Source: Rickettsiales bacterium (lineage in GTDB: Bacteria; Pseudomonadota; Alphaproteobacteria; Rickettsiales; SXRF01). From it: a stretch of 61,268 bases of DNA. Below are positions 53,112 to 61,268 of this stretch, in pieces. The stretch spans positions 1-61,268 of the forward strand of contig CANHDY010000002.1 of assembly GCA_947459535.1 (NCBI GenBank). The letters run 5' to 3'. A program made the translations under genes and the position numbers. Below the pieces are notes generated by a model, which was not told the DNA's origin, ran no database searches, and saw only the letters and a list, made by a program, of their open reading frames with translations. How positions within the stretch are numbered: the first letter of the stretch is position 1; each line of letters begins with the position of its first letter.

Positions 53112-54146
53112 TTATGCCGCATCCAGCCATTGCTTCTGCTGAGTGAGTTCTTTTTCAAGCCCCACACTCAGCTGATGCAGCCGATGAATCGCGCTGCGCA
53201 GCTCGATGGTATCGGCGTTGCTGCGCGCGATGGTTTCTGTCATGCGTGATAGGAGTTCGCTGGCACCAAGCGAGCGTTGCGATACATCGCGTAGATCCTG
53301 CTCCATGAACCCTGCCAGATCAGTATGCTGGTGCAGATGCTGCTGCGCTTCGAGGACTTTTTTCTGAGTATGCTCGGCTTTCAGGGCAGTTGCCTCCAGC
53401 ACGGCTTGCATGGATTGGCTGGCATCTTTCAGCGCACGAATTTGTGTTTCAATGGTGCTGGCTGAGCGGCGAGTTGCTTCTGAAAGTTGTTTGATCTCGC
53501 CAGCAACCACGAGAAACCCTTTGCCTGCCTCGCCGGTATGCGCGGCTTCGATGGTGGCGTTGAGCGCCAGCAGATCAATTTTTTCGGTGATGGTGGCGAT
53601 GAACTCCAGCGATGCCTGCATGGCATTGCTGGTATCACGCGAGCTGGCGCAGGCGGTAATGCTGCTCGTGACGCCATCACTGGTTTCGCGGCTTACGCTC
53701 ACTACTTCGCTGATGCTCGCATCGAGTGATTTCAGCGCTTCGTGCAGCCGGTGCATGGTTTCAGCAAGTTCGTGAAAGCGATCCGACGATCCGCGCATCA
53801 TCGCTTGTGCTTCCTGAGTTTGCGCGGTGCTCTGGGTGATAAGATCGGTCAGCGCATCGCTGCGCTGGTCAATCTGACGTGACTCGATGAGATGGGTGCG
53901 TGTGCTGCCTGAAAGCTGGCTGTAGGCGCTACCCGCCTGAAGCCGGATCACATGTTGCTCAGATTGTGCATGAAGCAGTTGTTTGCGCATCTTGAGCAGC
54001 AGCTTTGCCAGTAATGCCGAACAAATCAGCGCCAACAGCAGTGAGGCCGGTATTGCTTGTTCAGGCCATAGCAGCAGCGCCGCAGTTGGTGCCAATGGAA
54101 GCAATGAAGCACAGTAGAGCAGGGTGGGGCGGGAAACCATGCCCAT
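53112..54146 (-). CDS. methyl-accepting chemotaxis protein (short; two N-terminal TM segments, no periplasmic domain)
   Basis: Signalling hairpin motif [34 protein letters not shown]. Confidence 0.85.
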   Translation of the reverse strand: MGMVSRPTLLYCASLLPLAPTAALLLWPEQAIPASLLLALICSALLAKLLLKMRKQLLHAQSEQHVIRLQAGSAYSQLSGSTRTHLIESRQIDQRSDALTDLITQSTAQTQEAQAMMRGSSDRFHELAETMHRLHEALKSLDASISEVVSVSRETSDGVTSSITACASSRDTSNAMQASLEFIATITEKIDLLALNATIEAAHTGEAGKGFLVVAGEIKQLSEATRRSASTIETQIRALKDASQSMQAVLEATALKAEHTQKKVLEAQQHLHQHTDLAGFMEQDLRDVSQRSLGASELLSRMTETIARSNADTIELRSAIHRLHQLSVGLEKELTQQKQWLDAA

Positions 54147-54175
54147 GAGGCTAATGGAGTGAATTTAAAAAGCCT

Positions 54176-55870
54176 TTAATAGCGAACGGTAAGACCGCCA
54201 TAAATTCGGCCGCGATTGTCCCGATCTGAGGCAAGATCACGCGTGAGCGGAATGGCCAGCTCGAGATTGGCAGAAAGATGCTGCCCCATCTCGGCGCGCA
54301 CGCCAAACCCTGCAGAAGAAAGGCTTTCCCTGGGCTCCTGAGTGCCGCTCAGTTTGCGCCGCCAGACCGAACCAATGTCATAAAAGCCATACCACTGATA
54401 GGCACGTATGATGGGATCTGATATCGGCTGGCCAAATCTAAGCTCGGCTCTGGCGGCGGCGCCGTGATCACCTGCGAGTTCTCCTGGTTCGTAAGCGCTG
54501 CCATAGACCGGCCCGCCGAGCACGAACTGCTCTGAGGAAAGAAGAGGATTGAAGGAAAATTGCCCTGAGCCAGTCACCAGCAGCGACACCGACTGGCTGA
54601 GAGCATGGCTGTGAGAGAGATCCAGCGTCAGTTTAGTATAGCCATGATCGCCATAGCGGTTGCTGCGTCCGTCGCCGCTTTCGGTTGCACCCAGACCGGC
54701 AATGCCCTGGCTGAACTCGGAATCAACGATGGTCGCGGACTGATTGCTGGATCGATCAAAGCTCGCCCCAAGGCGCATATTGCGGAGCCGGTCATCCGTC
54801 AGGTTTGCCTGGCCGCGGTCTGTGGTTGTGTTGCGCATATCCATGCCGCCGCGCAGGTAGAGATTCTGGGTGCGGCTACGTAGATAGGGATGAATCGCAC
54901 GCAGCTGCGCATAAACCGATTCGCTTTTAACATCATCTGCTTTCAGCGATTCGCCGGGACTGGTCACCGCATAGGAAGTCATGGCAATGAGTTTTGTGCC
55001 GTCTGTGTTCAGTGGTTGCAGATAGCTGACATCCAAATAACGAAGTTCGCTGCTCGGGCTGGTGACAATACTGCGCATGGTGATGCGTTCATCCATGCCT
55101 AGCTGTGCGTTAGAAGCCACACTGACGGCGCTCTGCCATGGCCCCAGAAATTTTGAGCCGCGATTGTCGGTGGAGAGTTGGGCGTCGTAGTCTTTTTGTA
55201 CGTAGTAAATGACAAGATCGGTTGCGCCCGGGCTCGTGGTGCTTGGTTTGAGAACAGCGCGGGCGGTATTGCCCGGCAAATCGTTGATCAACAACATGTG
55301 CCGCTCAAGCGTTTTGCTGGTGAGCGGGGATTCCGTGCGAATGATTTCGAGATGTTCGTGGAGCAAGCCCAGCTTTGCTTCATCAGGAATTTCTCCCTGA
55401 AAGCTGATGGTGCCGATGCGTCCTTCATCCACCTGAAGGATCAGCGTGGCGCCATTCTCCAGCCGCTGCGGTACGGGATAGGCGATGGCCAATGCGTAGC
55501 CATCGCGGCGGTATTGTTCGTTGATGGCAGCTGTGAGCTGATCTATTTCGCTACGGCCAATTATCTTGCCAAGGAGTGGCTGGTAAAGCGCTGCGAACTT
55601 ATCCGGCGGGTAAATACTCATTCCTTGAATTTTGACGTCGCCAAGAAGAAACTTTCCGGTGTGACCGGAGGGTTCTGCTGCGGTTTGCTCGGGCGTTGTA
55701 ATCGGATTGTCATTGGAGCGCGCAAAGCTATCTCGCTGAAAGCGCTCGGCGGCTTTTACGGGATCCGCTGATGTGGGGATGATGTTTTGTGCGGCGGCCT
55801 GCCAGGAGCTGCTGCAGCATAGCAGCAGTAGAACTGGCAACGGAAACGAATGAAGGCGCAGGAATGTCAT
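54176..55870 (-). CDS. ShlB/FhaC/HecB-family two-partner-secretion transporter (TpsB)
   Basis: Signal peptide, POTRA region (VKIQGMSIYPP..., ILQVDEGRIGTISFQG), and a beta-barrel ending in ...GLTVRY. Confidence 0.8.
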   Translation of the reverse strand: MTFLRLHSFPLPVLLLLCCSSSWQAAAQNIIPTSADPVKAAERFQRDSFARSNDNPITTPEQTAAEPSGHTGKFLLGDVKIQGMSIYPPDKFAALYQPLLGKIIGRSEIDQLTAAINEQYRRDGYALAIAYPVPQRLENGATLILQVDEGRIGTISFQGEIPDEAKLGLLHEHLEIIRTESPLTSKTLERHMLLINDLPGNTARAVLKPSTTSPGATDLVIYYVQKDYDAQLSTDNRGSKFLGPWQSAVSVASNAQLGMDERITMRSIVTSPSSELRYLDVSYLQPLNTDGTKLIAMTSYAVTSPGESLKADDVKSESVYAQLRAIHPYLRSRTQNLYLRGGMDMRNTTTDRGQANLTDDRLRNMRLGASFDRSSNQSATIVDSEFSQGIAGLGATESGDGRSNRYGDHGYTKLTLDLSHSHALSQSVSLLVTGSGQFSFNPLLSSEQFVLGGPVYGSAYEPGELAGDHGAAARAELRFGQPISDPIIRAYQWYGFYDIGSVWRRKLSGTQEPRESLSSAGFGVRAEMGQHLSANLELAIPLTRDLASDRDNRGRIYGGLTVRY

Positions 55871-55932
55871 GCGCTATTGTTACAAAAAAAATATTAAAGA
55901 AAATGTAATGGCCATGCTTTTGCCATAAAAGA

Positions 55933-55955
55933 ACCCGGGCATTGCCCGGGTTTTT
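55933..55955. terminator. bidirectional intrinsic terminator downstream of the DUF465 gene
   Basis: ACCCGGGC-att-GCCCGGGT, flanked by an A-rich run upstream and TTTTT downstream. Confidence 0.6.
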
Positions 55956-55972
55956 GTCGACTAGCCTGAGGC

Positions 55973-56170
55973 TCAGGAGGAGGCCTCTTTCGGCGGCGCA
56001 GATAGCCCACTAAGCAGGCGCTGCGTTTCTTCTTTCAGGGCGAGATTCTGCTTTTTCAGCTGAGTGATGAGCGCGAAATCCGGCGACGGACGCGCTGATT
56101 CCAGAGCAATGGTTTCTTTTAACTGCTGACGTTTTTCCGAGAGGGCATCAATATGTGATTGAATTGACAT
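55973..56170 (-). CDS. DUF465 (YdcH family) protein
   Basis: 65-aa helical protein, HIDALSEKRQQLKETI...LKKQNLALKEE. Confidence 0.6.
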   Translation of the reverse strand: MSIQSHIDALSEKRQQLKETIALESARPSPDFALITQLKKQNLALKEETQRLLSGLSAPPKEASS

Positions 56171-56254
56171 GGAACGTGAACCTTTCTGACGTAAATGTTG
56201 CCGGAGTGCAACATGTGGAACACAAAACTACTAACAAGTAGGTTGATTATAAGA

Positions 56255-56300
56255 AAAGCTTGACCCCGGCTTCAAGCCCAAAGATGGTCAAGCTTTTTTT
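56255..56300. terminator. orphan terminator-like hairpin in a divergent intergenic region
   Basis: AAAGCTTGACC (56255-65) pairs perfectly with GGTCAAGCTTT (56286-96), followed by a T-run. No annotated gene reads into it from either side. Confidence 0.45.
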
Positions 56301-56379
56301 ATTTTCCTGTGTCGTGTTTTTTGGTTGACGGGCAATTTCCAAAAAAGAGAAACGGCGCGAGTGCAAGCATGCCTTATTC

Positions 56380-56426
56380 TTAATCGAAGCTTAAGTTTGT
56401 GTGGTTTGTGCTTAACCCTATCTTAA
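56380..56426. promoter_or_regulatory. two perfect TTAA-N7-TTAA (CtrA-type) boxes upstream of cheY
   Basis: TTAATCGAAGCTTAA (56380-94) and TTAACCCTATCTTAA (56412-26). The cheY ATG is at 56477. Confidence 0.5.
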
Positions 56427-56476
56427 AAAAAATCGATTAGGGTGGCGCTTAGTGAAATTCAAACCCGAGCGAGTTT

Positions 56477-56863
56477 ATGACCGTTAATAAAAACATGCCT
56501 ATTCTGGTGGTGGATGATTACAACACCATGCGCCGTATTGTTCGTAATCTGCTGAAGCAGCTTGGCTTTGACAATGCTGACGAAGCCGCTGATGGCACCG
56601 AGGCGCTCAAGAAACTGCGCGAAAAGCCGTTCGGTATGGTGATTTCCGACTGGAATATGGAGCCGATGAGCGGCATGGAGCTGCTGAAGCAGGTGCGCGC
56701 CGATGAGAAGCTCAAGATGCTTCCATTTATTATGGTGACGGCGGAAAGTAAGCCGGAAAACGTGATTGCCGCCAAGCAGGCTGGCGTGAGCAATTATATT
56801 GTGAAGCCTTTCAACGCCGAAACGCTCAAGACCAAGCTGGTCAGCGTGCTGGGCGAATTTTAA
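56477..56863 (+). CDS. cheY: chemotaxis response regulator CheY
   Basis: [25 protein letters not shown] and YIVKPF motifs. Confidence 0.9.
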   Translation: MTVNKNMPILVVDDYNTMRRIVRNLLKQLGFDNADEAADGTEALKKLREKPFGMVISDWNMEPMSGMELLKQVRADEKLKMLPFIMVTAESKPENVIAAKQAGVSNYIVKPFNAETLKTKLVSVLGEF

Positions 56864-56876
56864 TACGGAGATCATC

Positions 56877-57536
56877 ATGAGTGATACGCAGGCAAGGCTT
56901 GGCCATTCGCTGCTGAAAAGCATCGTCGAGCTCAAACAGGAGAAAAAGGAAATCACGCTGGAAGATCTTGGCGGAATTTTCGAGGAAATTGCTAATCATT
57001 TCGGTTCGCAAACTTCGAACACGGATCGCTTCATGCATCAGGAAATTGCTCGTCTGGCTAAATATATTCAGGATGCGAAACGTGAAATTTGCTCGATTGC
57101 AACAAACAATAATACCGAGCCGGCGATTGTGGATGCCTCGGCGCATCTGGACGAGGTGATTAAGGCCACCGAATCCGCCACCAACAGCATCATGGACGCG
57201 GTGGATTCCATCTCCGCCGCGGCAACTGGTCTGGGGGGCGATGCTGAGCAGAAGATTCTCGACGCGACCACCCGAATCTATGAAGCTTGCAATTTTCAGG
57301 ATGTGACTGGCCAGCGTATCCGCAAAGTGATCAAGCTGCTGGAGAATATTGAAGAGCGTATCGGAAAGCTCAATGAATTATTTGGTAATCATGATGAATT
57401 CATGCAGCAGGCAACCAGCAAAGCTCCTGAACCCATGAGTGACGCCGCGCTGATGAATGGCCCGCAGCTGACCGGTCAGGCGGCGTCGCAGTCTGATATT
57501 GATGCGCTGTTTGCCAGTCTTGGCGGTAAGTCGTAG
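56877..57536 (+). CDS. cheZ: CheZ-family CheY-P phosphatase
   Basis: ACNFQDVTGQRIRKVI catalytic-Gln motif, and a C-terminal acidic/hydrophobic CheY-binding-like tail SDIDALFASLG. Confidence 0.75.
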   Translation: MSDTQARLGHSLLKSIVELKQEKKEITLEDLGGIFEEIANHFGSQTSNTDRFMHQEIARLAKYIQDAKREICSIATNNNTEPAIVDASAHLDEVIKATESATNSIMDAVDSISAAATGLGGDAEQKILDATTRIYEACNFQDVTGQRIRKVIKLLENIEERIGKLNELFGNHDEFMQQATSKAPEPMSDAALMNGPQLTGQAASQSDIDALFASLGGKS

Positions 57537-57629
57537 GCATTTCCCCCAAGTCGCGACATACTGATTAAATACTTGTAAAAAAATCCCTCTGGCCTAGGAT
57601 TTGCTACGCATGGTGTGAGCGTAGCAACA

Positions 57630-60600
57630 ATGAATCTTTTACGGCTGTTTTTTTCTGTTTTGATGCTTTCCGCGGCGCTGATGGCGCTGCCAGCTGCATC
57701 GCGCGCAGAAAGCGCTGCCGTGCCGGCAGTGAAGGGCGCGGTGATTCGCGACTATGCGCGGCTGACATTCGAATGGCCGCAAACGGTTTTTTTTACCGCC
57801 ACCACCCAAGGCAAGCAGCTGATTCTGCGCTTTGATCGTAAGGCCAATCCGGATATGGGGCGGCTTCTCAGTCAGCTCAGTCCATACGTCACCCATGCTG
57901 AGCGCAAGGCTGATGGCCGCACCATTGTTCTGTCGCTGAATCGCCCATACCGTATTCGCACGTTTGTGAGTGACAATATTAACGGGGTGGATCTGCTGGG
58001 TGTTGACCCGAAAGCCAGACGTCAGATTGCGCGCGCTAAGCCGGAAGGGAAACAGGACGGAAAACCAGCCGCAGTCAAGCCGCTGGCTAAAACAGTCAAT
58101 ACGGCTAAAGCAGCACCCGCTACTCCGGCTGCGGCATTATCGAAACTGAAGCCCGCTGCTGGAGAGGTAACTGTGGAGCCATCTGCTCCTATTCCCAGCG
58201 TCGAAGTTCCGGCCTCACCACCAACGCCTGCTGTCGAATCCACGCCCACAGAAGCCACATTGCCTTCTGCGCCTGCTGTTTCCGCAGCACCGGTGGGCGA
58301 CAGCATGCCTGTGCCGCCTGCACAGCTTCAGCTGACGCCGCCCAGCGATGGTAGGCTGAAAGTCAATCTTTCTGCAGCCGCCGATAGCGCGGTGATTCGC
58401 TTGCCATTCGCGCAGCGAACAGCATTGGCGGCGTTTGTGCGCAACCGCTATTTGTGGATTGTGTTTAATCAAGCCGAGCCGCTGGATCTCAGTGATTTTG
58501 CAGATATGCCGCCCACGGTGGTGGGCAAGGCAGAGCAGGTGGCCGCTGGCCGCGCTACAGCGATACGTATGCCGCTTGATGATGGCGTATTTGTTCAGGT
58601 CGCTAAACAGGAAAAAGATAGCCTCGATTGGGCGGTGCTGGTGACGAGCCAACGTCAGGAACTGGCGCTGGCAACGAATGTGATGGTGAATACGGAACCG
58701 CCATCGCCGGCGCATGTGTTTCTCTATGCGCTGGATGCGGCAGAGCCGGTGAAGCTGCGTGATCCACAGATTGGTGATTCGCTCGTGGTGGTGCCATATT
58801 TCAGCCCCGGCCATGGGCTGGCAGCTGCGCGTGATTTTGTGCAGTTTGGTCTGCTGGCAACATCACAGGGGGCTGTGGTGGTAAAAAAAGCGGACGAAGT
58901 GCAGGTGGTGCCGCTTCGTAATGGTGTGCGTATTTCTTTGCCCGGCGGCGCTGTGCTGACGCCAGGCTTACCTGCGATGTCGGGGGCGAAGACCGGCAGT
59001 GCCTCTGTGGCAGCGGCGACATTGTTTCCGCATCAGCTCTGGTCGCTTGCAGATAGCAGCAATGCGCGGCAGTTTGTAAGTTCGCTCTTTCATCGTATCG
59101 TCAATGCTCCATCGCCACAGGAAGCTAACGAGGCGCGGCTTCGGTTGGCGCAGTATTATCTGTCTCAGGGGATGGCACCGGAGGCGCTCGCGCATCTGGA
59201 TGGCATTAACCGAGTGAACCCATCTTTTTATCGCGGCGGTAAGCTTGCTGCAATGCGTGGCGCAGCAAACTTTCTGATGGGACGATATGTGGATGCCTCA
59301 CGCGATTTTAGTGCTTCGGAGCTGAATAATAACAAGGAGGTTGATTTCTGGCGCAGCGTGCTGGCTGACCTGCTGGGGAATAACGAGCAGGCTTATGATT
59401 ATCTGGCGCTCAACGAAGATTATTTCAGCAAATATCCGCTGATTATCCGTCAACGTCTGGCGATTGTGGCCGCTGATCGGGCGATTGCCGCGAAAGAATA
59501 CAATACAGCACTCAAAATTTTTGACTCGCTTCAAAAAGATCAGCAGATTGATGCAATCAGTAACTACATCAATTTTCTGATGGCGAAGATTTCGCTGGAA
59601 ACAGGGCAGGTGGACGAAGCGCTCGCAACATTTGACAAGCTTGCCGAAGATTACGACCGGCCTTTTGTACGCGCCAATGCGGAACTTCACCGTATTCTTC
59701 ATGGGCTGAATAAGACGGGCATGAGCAAGCAGGATGCCGCTGACAGGCTCGAACGACTTCGCCTCAGCTGGCATGGCGATAACCTTGAGATTCAGGTACT
59801 CACCCTGCTGAGCGATATCTACACTGAGCAGCGGGATTTCTTGAACGCCATGCGTATTTGGCATAATACGATCCAGGCGTTTCCTAACACTGCGGTGGCC
59901 ATTCGCATGAACCGGCAGATGCAGGATACATTCGTACAGGTGTTCAATGAAGGCGGATTTGATGCGTTGCCTCCACTTGAGGCGCTGACACTTTATTATG
60001 AATACAGCAGCTATGCCCCAGCGGGTAAAGCGGGTGATGAGCTGGCCGAAAGACTCGCCGATAAACTTATCACGGTTGATCTGCTTGATCAGGCTGCGGC
60101 ACTTCTCGAGCGTCAGATGAAATTTCAAGTGGAAAAAGAAAAGAGAAGCAGGCTTGGGGCACGTCTTGCGACCATCCAGATTCTAAGCCGCCAGCCTAAA
60201 AAAGCCATAAAAGCGCTTGAATACTCCATGTATGGGGACAACCCATTACTCCTTAGGCTTTATCGCAACAGGCTGACAGCAGAGGCACTGATTGAAACAG
60301 ATGAAATTGATCGCGCCATGCAGGTATTAAGCAATGACACCAGCATAGATGCGGAAAAGCTGCGCCAGGCGGTTTACTGGAAGCGCAAAGAGTGGAAAAA
60401 TCTGATTTCCAGCATTGAAATGATTCTCAAGCAGCGCCAGGATACTACTGCCCCCATCACGCTCGATGAAAGTGAGATGCTGATGAAGCTGGCACTTGCG
60501 TATGTGTTTACTAATGATGTACCGCAACTGCTTTATTTGCGTGATTATTTCGGACCGCTGATGGCAGAAAACCCCAACCGGCAGATTTTTGAGTTTGTCA

Positions 60601-60773
60601 CATCGCCAGATATCTCGCTGACCACCAGAAATTTTGATCAGATCATCAATAAGCTACAAACTACACGTAGTTTTATTGGAAGTTATCAGGCGCGTATTGA
60701 AACTGCAGGATTGACGAACCCAGCTTCAACAACGACTGCCGCTGCAGCCAATACAAATACCCCCACCCCTTAA
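57630..60773 (+). CDS. secreted TPR-like repeat protein with an N-terminal AMIN-like domain and a Pro/Ala-rich linker
   Basis: Signal peptide MNLLRLFFSVLMLSAALMALPAASRA from the ATG at 57630 (the track start at 57615 is a GTG). Long helical-repeat C-terminal region. Confidence 0.55.
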   Translation: MNLLRLFFSVLMLSAALMALPAASRAESAAVPAVKGAVIRDYARLTFEWPQTVFFTATTQGKQLILRFDRKANPDMGRLLSQLSPYVTHAERKADGRTIVLSLNRPYRIRTFVSDNINGVDLLGVDPKARRQIARAKPEGKQDGKPAAVKPLAKTVNTAKAAPATPAAALSKLKPAAGEVTVEPSAPIPSVEVPASPPTPAVESTPTEATLPSAPAVSAAPVGDSMPVPPAQLQLTPPSDGRLKVNLSAAADSAVIRLPFAQRTALAAFVRNRYLWIVFNQAEPLDLSDFADMPPTVVGKAEQVAAGRATAIRMPLDDGVFVQVAKQEKDSLDWAVLVTSQRQELALATNVMVNTEPPSPAHVFLYALDAAEPVKLRDPQIGDSLVVVPYFSPGHGLAAARDFVQFGLLATSQGAVVVKKADEVQVVPLRNGVRISLPGGAVLTPGLPAMSGAKTGSASVAAATLFPHQLWSLADSSNARQFVSSLFHRIVNAPSPQEANEARLRLAQYYLSQGMAPEALAHLDGINRVNPSFYRGGKLAAMRGAANFLMGRYVDASRDFSASELNNNKEVDFWRSVLADLLGNNEQAYDYLALNEDYFSKYPLIIRQRLAIVAADRAIAAKEYNTALKIFDSLQKDQQIDAISNYINFLMAKISLETGQVDEALATFDKLAEDYDRPFVRANAELHRILHGLNKTGMSKQDAADRLERLRLSWHGDNLEIQVLTLLSDIYTEQRDFLNAMRIWHNTIQAFPNTAVAIRMNRQMQDTFVQVFNEGGFDALPPLEALTLYYEYSSYAPAGKAGDELAERLADKLITVDLLDQAAALLERQMKFQVEKEKRSRLGARLATIQILSRQPKKAIKALEYSMYGDNPLLLRLYRNRLTAEALIETDEIDRAMQVLSNDTSIDAEKLRQAVYWKRKEWKNLISSIEMILKQRQDTTAPITLDESEMLMKLALAYVFTNDVPQLLYLRDYFGPLMAENPNRQIFEFVTSPDISLTTRNFDQIINKLQTTRSFIGSYQARIETAGLTNPASTTTAAAANTNTPTP

Positions 60774-60782
60774 AGGAGATTT

Positions 60783-60977
60783 ATGCGCTGGCTTGATATT
60801 CAGGAGATTGCCATTCGGCTTGAAGAACTTTACCCCGACGCTGACAATGTCAACCTGCGCTTCACAGATTTGCGCCAGTGGGTGCTTTCCATTCCTGAAT
60901 TTCAGGATGACCCGAACGGTTGCAACGAAAAAATTCTGGAAGCCATTCAAATGGCCTGGCTTGATGAGCGCGACTGA
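60783..60977 (+). CDS. iscX: Fe-S cluster assembly accessory protein IscX
   Basis: YPDADNVNLRFTDLRQWV...FQDDPNGCNEKILEAIQMAWLDE closely follows the IscX/YfhJ pattern. Confidence 0.75.
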   Translation: MRWLDIQEIAIRLEELYPDADNVNLRFTDLRQWVLSIPEFQDDPNGCNEKILEAIQMAWLDERD

Positions 60978-61268
60978 TCTGCTGACGCTGCATGTGGCGG
61001 ATGAGGCGCAGATGGCAAGGTTTGCCGCGCGTACTGCGCCATTCATTTCGGCGCCTGCCCGCCTTGCCCTGATCGGCGATCTAGGCGCCGGTAAGACCAG
61101 CTGGGCACGCAGCCTGATTCGTGCCCTGTGCCAGCCGGACGAGGAGGTGCTCAGCCCCACCTTCATGCTGCAGCAAAGCTACCAGACGCGTCGCGGCGAG
61201 ATGCTGCATCACTTTGATCTCTACCGTGTCAAAAATCCTGCTGAACTGGTGGAATTGGGATTTGAAGA
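60964..61268 (+). CDS. tsaE: tRNA t6A biosynthesis ATPase TsaE, N-terminal part (runs off the window)
   Basis: ATG at 60964. LIGDLGAGKTSWARSL P-loop, SPTFML and HHFDLYR motifs. Not in the ORF track because no stop falls inside the window. Confidence 0.8.
   Translation, partial: MSATDLLTLHVADEAQMARFAARTAPFISAPARLALIGDLGAGKTSWARSLIRALCQPDEEVLSPTFMLQQSYQTRRGEMLHHFDLYRVKNPAELVELGFE

Noticed and set aside
56459-56956. 165-aa minus-strand ORF overlapping cheY
   Set aside because: cheY on the plus strand is unambiguous, so this is an antisense shadow.
59298-60128. 276-aa minus-strand ORF inside the TPR protein gene
   Set aside because: It is antisense to a 1047-aa gene with a signal peptide and helical repeats. 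The translation is Ile/Lys/Phe/Arg-rich with no motif.

Overview
This 61-kb window is probably from an alphaproteobacterial chromosome. The taxonomic call is an inference from GTA-type tail genes, DUF1376/DUF3489/DUF6456 phage genes, perfect TTAA-N7-TTAA (CtrA-type) boxes and a GAAC-N7-GAAC SOS-type box.

Left flank (2-7051): an arsenosugar-type locus (arsS, arsM, an MTA-phosphorylase homologue, two glycosyl/nucleotidyl-transferase-like genes), then DUF1905, two SDR oxidoreductases and a His-motif membrane protein.

Centre (about 7116-49066): one ~42-kb temperate siphovirus-like prophage, mostly on the minus strand.
- Lysis cassette.
- Fibre genes and a GTA-like distal tail (g12-g15 analogues).
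- Tape measure, and a G/GT-type tail chaperone with a G_GGA_AAC -1 slip site.
- Lambda-like head genes (gpE, gpD, gpC, portal, gpW) and a gpA-type terminase.
- Small plus-strand genes, two orphan DNA methyltransferases, and an embedded antiporter/ybdK/nhaA operon.
- Early genes (DUF6456, DUF1376), a cro/cI-like switch, XRE, Xis-like gene and tyrosine integrase.
- A three-gene cargo module next to a 45-nt 3' half of tRNA-Thr(CGU), the putative att core: m5C methyltransferase, GIY-YIG nuclease, and a coiled-coil two-TM protein.

Right flank: SAM methyltransferase, LuxI/FeeM-like acyltransferase, TonB-dependent receptor, MCP, TpsB transporter, DUF465, cheY-cheZ, a large TPR protein, iscX and the start of tsaE.

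The best candidate for a novel system is the int-proximal methyltransferase/GIY-YIG/membrane coiled-coil module. No CRISPR array, rRNA or complete tRNA was seen. All homology calls come from motif recognition by eye; no database search was run.
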